From: an uncultured Acidobacteriota bacterium
Lineage (GTDB): Bacteria > Acidobacteriota > Terriglobia > Terriglobales > Acidobacteriaceae
Length of the DNA stretch: 64,000 nt
Reading direction: 5' to 3'
Assembly: GCA_963838785.1 (NCBI GenBank)
Contig: CAWISI010000003.1
Location: 55,429-119,428, forward strand
Shown here in pieces: positions 54,884-64,000 of the stretch. Made by a program: the position numbers and the translations under genes. Every line of letters starts with the position of its first letter. The first letter of the stretch is position 1. Under the pieces are notes generated by a model. It was given only the letters and a program-made list of their open reading frames with translations, ran no database searches and was not told the DNA's origin.

Positions 54884-55110
54884 TTAAGAATCCTTTCTTG
54901 CGGGCAAATGAACTGCCGCCCGCGAACCGATATATTTTTGTCCCCTACATTGAAAGATGCCGCGCGCGCACAGCGCCGGTTGCAGTTTTTCTGTGAGTCT
55001 CTGGCCATCTGCTCTGAAGTTTCAAGCTGCAAACGAGATTACACATCAATTCTTCCGCGATGAGCCTTCGCACCCTCGTGGTTGTTGGTTTTGGAATGCT
55101 TGAGGGTAGC

Positions 55111-56051
55111 TCAGACGTCTACTGGGCTCGCAGGAACATAGATGTGGTCCGCGCCTACCAGCTCTGTGTTCGGCAACTCGGTCGTGAGCCGAACCGGCTG
55201 CATGCCACTCTTCTTTTGGGGCTTGGCGTGAAGGTGAGCAGGTACTGATTGTTCAGCCGGTGTTGCATTTGATCCAGGTATGGGACGAACGAAACCGCAG
55301 GGGCGTTAAATCCAATGTAATAAGAATCACCGCCGGTTTCGTCTGTCACCTGAGAAAGATACAACTGCCCCCAGTTACTGCGCCAATAGCTGCGCGAATA
55401 ATGTCCGGCGCCCGGATTGTAAATCGCAAATACCACGATCCCGGCGCGCTGCGCCTGTTCGATAGCGTGGCTGACGTAGGGATCCTGAAGATCTTCCCCG
55501 TAATAAAGATCGATTCCGTCGCTGATCATCAGCACTTCGCGCCGCGGGCTGCCCGCTGGCCAGCGCTTGATCAGGTCTTCGAGACGAGAAATATGGACTG
55601 GCATTCACTCCCGCAATTCCCATGGGAAGCCGCACCGATTTCGCGGCCTGGGCGATGATCAGCGGTTAGATTCTGCACGATCTGTGCGCTTCCGTTCTGC
55701 ATGTATGCGACTCCGACTTTAGTAGTCGGGGGTTGAGAACTGATGAACTGGCGAATGTCGTCGAGCTGTGTTCCGAGGCTTGCGCTGGCGGAGTCATCTA
55801 TAAGAATAAAAAGTTCCAAATCTGCGTTTTCGCCTTTTGCCGGGACCCATGAAGTGACGGCATCGCGTGCCTTGCCCTCGTAGACCATTACATCCTGACG
55901 GTCGACCGGCGCAGGATTCATACCGTGTCTCGCGTCGGCAGTCACCACCATGTTCACTGCAGGACCGCCCGCCGCCGGGGCTGCTGCGTTCGCCGGCAAC
56001 CCTCATAAAGCGAAAAGCATGTAAGCATAAAACCAGGTAGCTCAATTTCAT
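55111..56051 (-). CDS. Secreted von Willebrand factor A-domain protein (about 3 frame breaks)
   Basis: MIDAS-like LELFILIDDSASAS, LMISDGID and VVFAIY. The C-terminus is recovered in another frame. Confidence 0.6.
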
Positions 56052-56208
56052 TTTGCCTCTACCGCGCCTTCCGAGATCACCGATACAAGAGATTCTATTC
56101 ATAAGGATGTCTCTTGTGTAGCAATTCGTTGCACTGTTTGCCGCGCATCCAGAGTCACTCGCCATTTGCCATCATCTAATCAACAGGAAGTAGATAGGAG
56201 GACGGAAT

Positions 56209-57319
56209 ATGAAGCTATCGATCAGCAGAGCAATGATAGCCAGCTTCGTCCTGACAGCAGCTCTAATTGTGCCCGCGTGGGGCGCGAACACGGACACTCA
56301 TACAGCGCTACCAGGAACTTTAAATTATGTGGAAGGACAGGCTTCGATTGGGAACGAGAGCCTGAATGCACAATCGATCGGCTCCGCCGATCTGCAAGCC
56401 GGCGAGACGGTGAGTACCGGAAACGGCAAAGCCGAAATTCTGTTAACTCCGGGAGTATTTTTCCGGCTGGGCGATGACAGTTCGGCGCGAATGATTTCTC
56501 CCGATCTGACTAATACCCAATTGCAATTAAATCAGGGAGAAGCCATGGTCGAAATAGACCAGATTCATCCTGAGAACGATATTCGTATTACGGAAGATGG
56601 CGTAACTACGCGCCTGCTGAAAACTGGACTGTATCAATTCGATGCGGCTGGCCCGCAGGTTCGCGTGTTTGACGGCACAAGCCACTGTGCTCGATGGCGA
56701 TCACAAAGTTACCGTCAAGGGTGGCCATGAACTGGCGCTTAACTCCGACGGCAAACTCAAATCAAAAGGCTTCGATAAAAAAGAATATGCCAAGAATGAC
56801 GACCTGTATCGCTGGAGCAGTCTGCGATCGGATTATCTGGCCGAAGCCAATGTGAACACAGCTCAAACTTATCTTTCTAACGGCTGGTATGGGCCGGGCT
56901 GGATCGGCGCAGGATGGTATTGGTCGCCATGGTTCGATTCATTCACATTCCTGCCCGGAGCGGGATATTTGTACAGCCCGTTCGGTTGGGGATTTTATTC
57001 CCCACTTTGGGTATCGGCGGCACCGTGGTATGAGTTCGGAAATTACTATCACAACTTCGCCAGCTTTCGCCCGAATCCGGTTTATCGCGGCGGCCTGCGG
57101 GCGGGCGTGAGATCGGGGCCGGTTTATGGGCCAGGTTTCCGTGGAGGCGCAGTCCGTGCGTATGGAACCCACTCGTTCGGGTACGGAATGCACGGTTTCC
57201 GCGGCGGAGCCCGTGGTGGCTTCTCGCCGCAAGCCATACCGCTCAGAGCTTCGGCGGATTCCACGCCGGAGATTTCCACGGGGGCAACTTCGGAGGACGA
57301 AGGTAAGATAAATGCTTGA
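56209..57319 (+). CDS. FecR-domain protein with Gly/aromatic-rich C-terminus (1 frame break)
   Basis: Signal peptide; LQAGETVSTGNGKAEILLTPGVFFRLGDDSSARM (FecR-like); GWYWSPWFDSFTFLPGAGYLYSPFGWGFYSPLW. Confidence 0.55.
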
Positions 57320-57362
57320 AGTCCTGAAAAGGTGGGCCGCCAGACTCACCTTTTTTTGCGCC

Positions 57363-59841
57363 CTACATCAGCCATAGCGCGTCCACATCCACGATGACAT
57401 TGGTGCGCGGAATTTTTTCTTTTTCCGCTTCCGCCAGCATGGCGCGCAACACTTCATTCAGTTTCTGGCGGCTGGGAGATTTCAAGATGAAGTGATAACG
57501 GTAATCGCGTTTCAATCGTTCGATCGGAGCCGCGGCCGGGCCCAGCACGCGCACGCCTTCATGTCGATTCTTTTCAAACCAGCGGCCGAGTGCGCCTGAC
57601 CAGCGTAGGGTTTCGTCGAGCTTCGTGCTGCGCACCATTACATTGGCCAGCGAGCTGTAGGGCGGATAGTGCATCCAGCTGCGAAAGCGCAGCTCTTTTT
57701 CGTAGAAACCGGCGAAATCGTGCTGCGCGGCATATTGCACCGCGTAGTGATCGGGGAAATAAGTTTGCAGCAAAACTTTGCCGGGAACTTCGCCGCGCCC
57801 GGCGCGGCCCGCAACCTGCGTCAGCAATTGAAAAGTTCGTTCGGCGGCGCGGAAATCAGGCAGGCCGAGCGCCATATCTGCGCCGACTACGCCTACCAAT
57901 GTCACACCGTGAATATCGTGCCCTTTGGCGATCATCTGCGTGCCCACCAGCAAGTCTAGTTCGCCGGCATTGAGCGCGTTCAGCACGCGTTCAAAATCGG
58001 CATGGCTGCGGACGGTATCGCGATCGAGGCGCGCGATGCGGGCTTGCGGAAAATATCCGTGCAGCAGTTCTTCTAATTTTTCCGATCCGGTGCCCAGAAA
58101 ATACACGTACTCACTGCCGCATGCGGCGCAATGCTTCGGCACCGGCGCCATGAATCCGCAATAGTGGCATTCCATTCGCCGCCGCGATTTGTGGTGGGTG
58201 AGCGCAATCGCGCAATTGCTGCACTCGAGTTTTTTGCCGCAGGTCCGGCATAGGACCACGGGCGAATACCCTCGGCGATTCAGCAGCACCATCGCCTGTT
58301 CTTTTCGCTCAAGCCGCAGCCGGATCTCTTCAATGAGCTTGCGCGAGATCACTTGCTCGTTGCCGGTTTCCTGAAACTCCTGGCGCATGTCGATCACTTC
58401 AACTTCAGGCAGCGGACGCTTCTCTACCCGGTCCGGCATTTCGACCAGCGCATAACGATGTTTTTTGGCGTTGAAATATGATTCCAGCGACGGCGTCGCC
58501 GATCCCAGCACCACCACCGCATCAGAAAAGTTTGCACGCATTACCGCGACGTCGCGCGCGTGGTAACGCGGTGTTTCTTCCTGCTTATACGAAGAGTCTT
58601 GTTCTTCGTCGACGATGATGAGCGCGAGATTTGCAACCGGCGCGAATACCGCCGAGCGGGTGCCTACGATCGCACGCGCTTCTCCGCGGCGGATGCGGTG
58701 CCAGTGCTCGGCGCGCTCTTTGTCGGAAAGGCCCGAGTGCAGAATCGCTACTTCGTTTCCGAAAACATCGTGAACGTCAGCGGCCACGGCAGGAGTGAGG
58801 CCAATCTCCGGGACCAGCAGAATTGCAGTGCGGCCGGCATCGAGCACTGACTTCATCGCCGCGAGGTAGACCGCGGTCTTGCCGGAGCCGGTGACGCCGT
58901 GCAGTAGTATACCGGCGAACTTCTTCGCGTCGACCAGCGCGCGAATGCGATCCAGCGCCGCCTGCTGCGCGGGATGAAATTCCATTCCTTGCCGCAGGCC
59001 GCGTGGCGCAACCGTGGACTTGGACAGCGCGATCGCTTCATTGACCAACTCGACTAGTCCACGCTTCACCAGGGTAGCCAGCGTGCTGCGCGGGATGTCG
59101 AGCTCTCGCAGGGTTTCAACGTCGAGTTTGCCGCCGGCGCTGGTGAGCGCGTCCACAATCAGCCGCTGATTGGAATTGAGTTTTGTTTGCGAGAGTTCTT
59201 CCGGCACAAGTGAACGCCCGCCGCGGGATTGCTTTTTAAGCAGTACTGCCACTTGCCGGGTGCGCGTCGCGTCAGTTACATGCGAAACATCTTCGCGCTC
59301 GATCCAGTTTTTTCGCACCATGCCGGCGAGCAGCGACCGGGAAACTCCAGTCGCAGAACGCAGCGTTCCCTCGCGCGCATCGTCACGCATAGCTAAATAA
59401 TTCAGCGCGCGATATTCAGCATCTTGTTCTTCCGGATTTTTCTTTGATCGCGAAGATGAGCCGCCGGTTCCCGCCTGATGCAACGCCACATGCCCCGCTT
59501 CGCGTGATCCGGTATACGACCTTGCGACGAAATTCCGCATTCAGCGGCAGCATGGATCGGAAAACTTCACCGATGGGGGCCAGATAGTAGTCGCCGATCC
59601 ATTTCCCTAATCGCAACAATTCTTCCGAGAGCGCAGGCGTCTCATCCAGAACTTCGAGAACAGTTTTTGCGGTAACATTCGGGGCGCGGTCGTGCACTTC
59701 TGTGATGACGCCGGACAACCGCTGCCGACGGAACGGCACAATTACCCGGCTGCCGACAGCCACAGTGGTGGCCTCCGGCACGCGGTAGGTGAGCACCATA
59801 TTCAGCGGCACAGGGACGGCGACGTCGCAAAATTCCGGCAT
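57363..59841 (-). CDS. priA: Primosomal protein N' (replication restart helicase PriA; 1 frame break about 59500)
   Basis: N-terminal 3'BD (VAVPVPLNMVLTYRVP), Walker A LLHGVTGSGKT, DEEQD, Cys-rich zinc region CRTCGKKLECSNCAIALTHH...CHYCG...CAACGS, and GTQMIAKGHD. Confidence 0.9.
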
Positions 59842-60413
59842 GGAAGAAGCGGAATGTGAATCCTAGCACCCCGCCACTTTGACGAGGTTATGTGCGCTAC
59901 CGCACCTTATCTGCAGTACAGACTTTTCCGAGCTGGAAACCCGGGAGTGCTACATGGTGAACTTTTGACATGGCACAAAAGTGTAATTAGTTCCATGAGG
60001 ATGGGATAGGCGGGTAAAATTTGACCTAAGGTATTTTACCTAAGGAGCCCAAGAATCCACAGCTTATCGTACAAGGCACCGAATCCCGGCAAGCCAGTTC
60101 GCCGCAATTTCGCCGTGGAATACTCGTAATTCGGCCGAAGCCCCCATTTGCAGACGTCCCTAAAAAATACTAAGTACTCTTTATTTCTTACGCTTAGGAT
60201 TGTAAGTAGATCATTCCGGGGGCAGATAATCCGCCGCTTGCGCTACCCTTAGTCGTGGTAAAAAAGCCGCACTTTTATCCAAAATGCGCAATCAATTTTC
60301 CGTTAATTGGGGGTGTGCTGGCACACCATGTGCAAACAAGGTTACAGCCCCGCAAGGCTGGCTTCTTCCGACTAGGCACCAAGGTGAGGTCATTCCAGTA
60401 AGAAGGTGACTTG

Positions 60414-60597
60414 ATGAAGGAAAAAGAACTGCGGCCACGGGAGCAGCAGGTAGTGGAACTGCTCCTACAAGGCTGTGATAACGATGAGATTTCCAAGCAA
60501 CTGAATATGGCGCGGCGAACCGTAAAGGCGCATTTCAACCGGCTGTTCTCGCGTTTTGGAATTAGTGGCGGAGTCAAGCGAGTAAAAATGCCGCCGG
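60414..60597 (+). pseudogene. Small LuxR-type HTH regulator, apparently truncated at its C-terminus
   Basis: MKEKELRPREQQVVELLLQGCDNDEISKQLNMARRTVKAHFNRLFSRFGISGGVKRVK. The reading frame then runs into the antisense of the receptor fragment. Confidence 0.5.
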
Positions 60598-61174
60598 CGA
60601 CGGAGAACGTGCCTGAGCCATTCGACCCCTGTATGTTCTTGCTGCCGGTCAAATCGCCGCCCGGCGTGGTGGTGCCTCCGCCGACGAATGTCAGTAACTG
60701 GGTGAGGTTGCGGCCATTGAGGGGCAGATCCACAAGTTTTCGCTGATCCATCACCTGCGCGATGGCGCTATCCTTGGTCTCCACCATAGAGGCGTCGGCG
60801 GAAACCTCGATGGTTTCAGTCACCGCGCCAACACTCAGAGTGACATTGATTTCGCCGGTATGGCCGACTTCGAGCACGATTCCGGTCTGCCGGTAATCCT
60901 TGAACCCTGGCGCTCTTACTTCAAGCGAATAGGGTCCGGGCGGAAGATTGCCCAGATGATAGCGGCCTTCGGCATCCGTAATGCTGTTATGCGGCGCCTG
61001 GGTGTCCGTCTGAGTCATCACGACGGGCACGCCCGGCATTACTTTGCCGGAAGCGTCGGTCACCACGCCATCCACTTCCGCCACGGCTACCGCCTGGGCG
61101 CGCAGCCCGGGTGTGAGCAAAACGGCGGCAAGCGAGCATGACGCCGCGAGTTTCCAAAGATCGACAGAGACCAT
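60598..61174 (-). pseudogene. N-terminal fragment (about 190 aa) of a CarboxypepD_reg TonB-dependent receptor
   Basis: Signal, VAEVDGVVTDASGKVMPGVPVVMTQ..., plug start VDLPLNGRNLTQLL...GSGTFSVAGG. Similarity stops about 60598, and no barrel follows. Confidence 0.6.
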
Positions 61175-61414
61175 AACCCCAAACTCCTTTACGGATTGTG
61201 TACCGGATCGAGTAACTTTGCAACAACTTTCTTGCTTTCTTCCCAATCACCAATTTCGCCGTCAAGGCCCGCCTGTTGTAAAAAATGGCCCTATCAATAG
61301 CTGTAACTGAAGTGCGCCGATGAATAGTAGCGCGCTCGATTCGTTGGGTCAATCGATTTATATTAAAGCGATCGTTGAGTAGGATTAAACGATGGCGGCG
61401 GCTGCAAGGGCGCC

Positions 61415-62009
61415 TCACTTGCGGTATGACGTTTCGATCAGCGATTTGGCGTCCTTCAAGGCTTGCGCGACGCACTTGGCCAGCTCGTAACTGCTGTAGT
61501 TATTCTGACGGGTACTATCTTTTCCCGCGAACGCTAAGTTAGCATCGACCCGACCGAGCGCTTCGTAAAACAGCTTACTCGTGGCGTGTAAATCGAGTAG
61601 CGCCACATGCTCGTGGGCGGCGGCCGGCGGGCGGCTTCGGGATCGTCGCCGAGGCTGTTAGAGATTTTGGCGTCCGCGCCGAAGGTCAGGCGGTTCATCG
61701 AAGCGACTACGGTGGCGTGGCTTCGCGCTCGAGCGCCTCCTCGATTATGCGCTTCAGATCGGATTTAAACCCGGTCATCAATTTCGCCCAGCGCCGGGCC
61801 CGTTCGACGAGACCGGAGATTTGAATTTGGGGGCCAAGGAGAATGTGCTGGCGGTGCGCGCGGATAATGCGCAGCAGCCGGCCTGACGATGGTATGCGGG
61901 CGCAGAGCGACCCGGGATGTGAAGCCAATCCGCGGCGGCAGACGCAGACGCTATTCGTCAATTGAAAGCCATCGAGTTTGGCGCCGCATGCTGCCCGATG
62001 CCTCCCCAC
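61415..62009 (-). CDS. Hypothetical protein, unclassified (at least 1 frame break)
   Basis: ...ILLGPQIQISGLVERARRWAKLMTGFKSDLKRIIEEALE / VVASMNRLTFGADAKISNSLGDDPEAA...HVALLDLHATSKLFYEALGRVDANLAF...ELAKCVAQALKDAKSLIE. Predicted helical; no family recognised. Confidence 0.3.
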
Positions 62010-62161
62010 GCGCTTGGCGCGTGGGCTTCGAGACGGGTGCGATCGTGGGGGCGTGCAAAATCGGGTGGCGCGAGGAATTGCGCACCGCCGGGAAGGCCTT
62101 GAATGTGAGCGTCGGCACCCGGACCGGCCGCGGGTTCGGTTACCATCGAGGCTGGAGCGAA

Positions 62162-63509
62162 ATGAAGTTTCAATTGGGACTGCTGCTGTTTTGCGCGGCG
62201 GTTTCTTCCGCCGCGGAGGTTTCCGTCAATACCTTTGGCGCGAAGGGCGATGGAACCACAGTCGATACCGGGGCAATCCAGAAGGCCCTCGACGAAGCGG
62301 CCAAATCGAACGGCGCGGTGGTCTTCAACCCCGGGGTGTATCTGACGGGCTCGCTATTCCTCAAATCCAATACCCAGCTCCGCATCGATGAAGGCGTTGA
62401 ACTACGCGGCGTGCAAGACCTGGCCGCTTATCCCATGATGCCCACGCGCGTGGCCGGCATCGAAATGAAATGGCCGGCGGCGCTGATCAATGTCTACGAG
62501 CAATCGAACGTGCAGATTTCGGGCAAAGGGCGTGGTGGATGGCGACGGCAAAATCTGGTGGGATAAATACTGGAAAATGCGCCGCGAAGATTATGAGCCA
62601 AAGGGACTGCGCTGGGCGGTGGATTACGATTGCCGGCGGCCGCGCCTGATCCAAATCTATAAGTCGTCGAACGTGCGCCTCGAAGGGTTGACGCTGAAGC
62701 GCTCCGGTTTTTGGACGGTACACGTCTGCTACTCCGAGGATGTCAACGTGGATTCGCTGACCATCCGCAACAACATCGGCGGCAAGGGGCCCTCCACGGA
62801 CGGCATCGATATCGATTCCTCGGCGGGCGTGGTGGTGGAAGATAACGATATTGACGTGAACGACGATGCCATTTGTCTCAAGGCGGGCCGCGATGCCGAT
62901 GGGCTGCGCGTGAACCGGCCCACGGAAAAGATTCGCATCCGCCACAACACGGTGCGTGGCGGCGCGGCGGGCGTGACCATCGGCAGCGAAACTTCGGGAG
63001 GCATCCGCGATATCGACGTGGACCGGCTGACGGTAATGGCGGGCGTGCCGGACGGAATTCTGTTTAAATCGGCGAATACGCGCGGAGGCGTGATGCAGAA
63101 CATTCGTATCCGCAATGTGGAAATGCGAGGCGTGGCGCACCCCATCGCCATCACCATGAACTGGAACCCCTCCTACAGCTATGCGAAGCTGCCGGAGGGA
63201 GTGAAAGATATTCCCGATTACTGGCGCGTGCTGCTGGCGCCGGTATCGCCCGAAAAGGGACTGCCGCATTTTAAAGATGTTCATATATCCGATGTGGTCG
63301 CGACCGGGGCGCAGCAGGCATTTACAGTCAGCGCCTATCCGGAGGCGCCGCTGCGGGATTTTGAGTTTAAGAACATTCGTATCGAGGCCAGGCGCGCGGG
63401 TTCCATTCAGAACGCGCAGAACTGGAGCTTCAACGGCGTATCCATCAAAACCACCGATGGCAGCCGCGTGGCCGTAAAGGCCAGCAGCGGAGTCACCGGG
63501 TTACAGTAG
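62162..63509 (+). CDS. Glycoside hydrolase family 28 (polygalacturonase/rhamnogalacturonase-like; 1 frame break about 62530)
   Basis: Signal, FGAKGDGTTVDTGAIQKALD, and parallel beta-helix motifs GPSTDGIDIDSS, DNDIDVNDDAICLKAG, GVTIGSETSGG. Confidence 0.8.
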
Positions 63510-63516
63510 GAGTTTT

Positions 63517-64000
63517 ATGAAGAGAGCGCAGGCCGGAAGGCCCGCGCCAGGGGACATCTTAATGTCAGCTATGATTGCAGCGCTCAAGCACGTGAACTAT
63601 CTCTGGAATGAAGCCAGGGCGGCGAAGCTATCGCCGGCCGAACAGCTTGTCTATCGTTCGAACCTACTCGGAAGCGACCAGCGCATTACCAATACCGGCG
63701 GCGGCAACACCTCGGCGAAGCTTATGGAGCGCGACCCGCTCACCGGCGAAGCGGTCGAGGTGCTGTGGGTGAAGGGATCGGGCGGCGATCTGCGCACCAG
63801 CAATCTGGGAAACTTCGCGTCGCTTTACCAGGAGAAACTGCTTGGCTTGCGGGCGATGTATGCGGCGATGGCGCCGCGCGGACCCAAGACCGCGGCGGAA
63901 GACCAGATGGTGGGCTGTTATCCGCATTGCACGTTCAATCTCAACCCTCGCGCCTCGTCCATCGATACGCCGCTGCATTCATTCATTCCGGCGAAGCATG
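63517..64000 (+). CDS. Bifunctional rhamnulose-1-phosphate aldolase/short-chain dehydrogenase, N-terminal part (runs off right edge)
   Basis: AGGAG sits 5 nt before the ATG. VNYLWNEARAAKL...LVYRSNLLGSDQRITNTGGGNTSAKL..DPLTGE.VEVLWVKGSGGDL...NPRASSIDTPLHSF. Absent from the ORF track because no stop lies inside the window. Confidence 0.75.
   Translation, partial: MKRAQAGRPAPGDILMSAMIAALKHVNYLWNEARAAKLSPAEQLVYRSNLLGSDQRITNTGGGNTSAKLMERDPLTGEAVEVLWVKGSGGDLRTSNLGNFASLYQEKLLGLRAMYAAMAPRGPKTAAEDQMVGCYPHCTFNLNPRASSIDTPLHSFIPAKH

Overview
A 64-kb, high-GC chromosomal segment. Gene content suggests Acidobacteriota (Terriglobia-like): CarboxypepD_reg-type TonB-dependent receptors, a PEGA-domain kinase, many secreted hypotheticals, and word-like intergenic repeats. 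This taxonomic call is an inference only. All family assignments come from reading motifs in the supplied translations; no database search was possible.

Housekeeping backbone:
- xseA, rlmH-rsfS-nadD, then a vapBC insertion, then obg-rpmA-rplU.
- rimP-nusA-infB-DUF503-rbfA-nrnA.
- sucA, thiL and priA.

Accessory and envelope genes:
- A four-gene MacAB-like ABC efflux operon.
- A CheR-HDOD-CheB trio.
- M1, M24 and M23 peptidases, a GT39 glycosyltransferase and a GNAT acetyltransferase.
- One full TonB-dependent receptor and one truncated one.
- An orphan GvpL/GvpF protein, a LysW-like zinc ribbon, VWA and FecR proteins, and a GH28 / rhamnulose-1-P aldolase edge.

I found no rRNA, tRNA, CRISPR array, transposase, integrase, reverse transcriptase or recognisable multi-gene defence system.

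Two things dominate the window:
1. Roughly half of the genes need one or more frame changes to be read, including essential infB, nusA, rbfA, rimP, priA and sucA. Several breaks sit at homopolymers, so I treat them as probable sequence-quality indels rather than decay. Coordinates for those genes are reconstructed spans.
2. The non-coding repeat architecture is unusually rich, and this is where the unexplained structure lies. It includes:
- an 860-bp composite tandem/nested array of MITE-like palindromic elements upstream of rimP;
- a 13-mer (ACGACGCACGACG) duplicated directly 5' of three start codons;
- a perfect 19-nt inverted repeat bracketing rpmA;
- a different palindrome in each of the four intercistronic gaps from rimP to rbfA;
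- a roughly 200-bp heptamer microsatellite.
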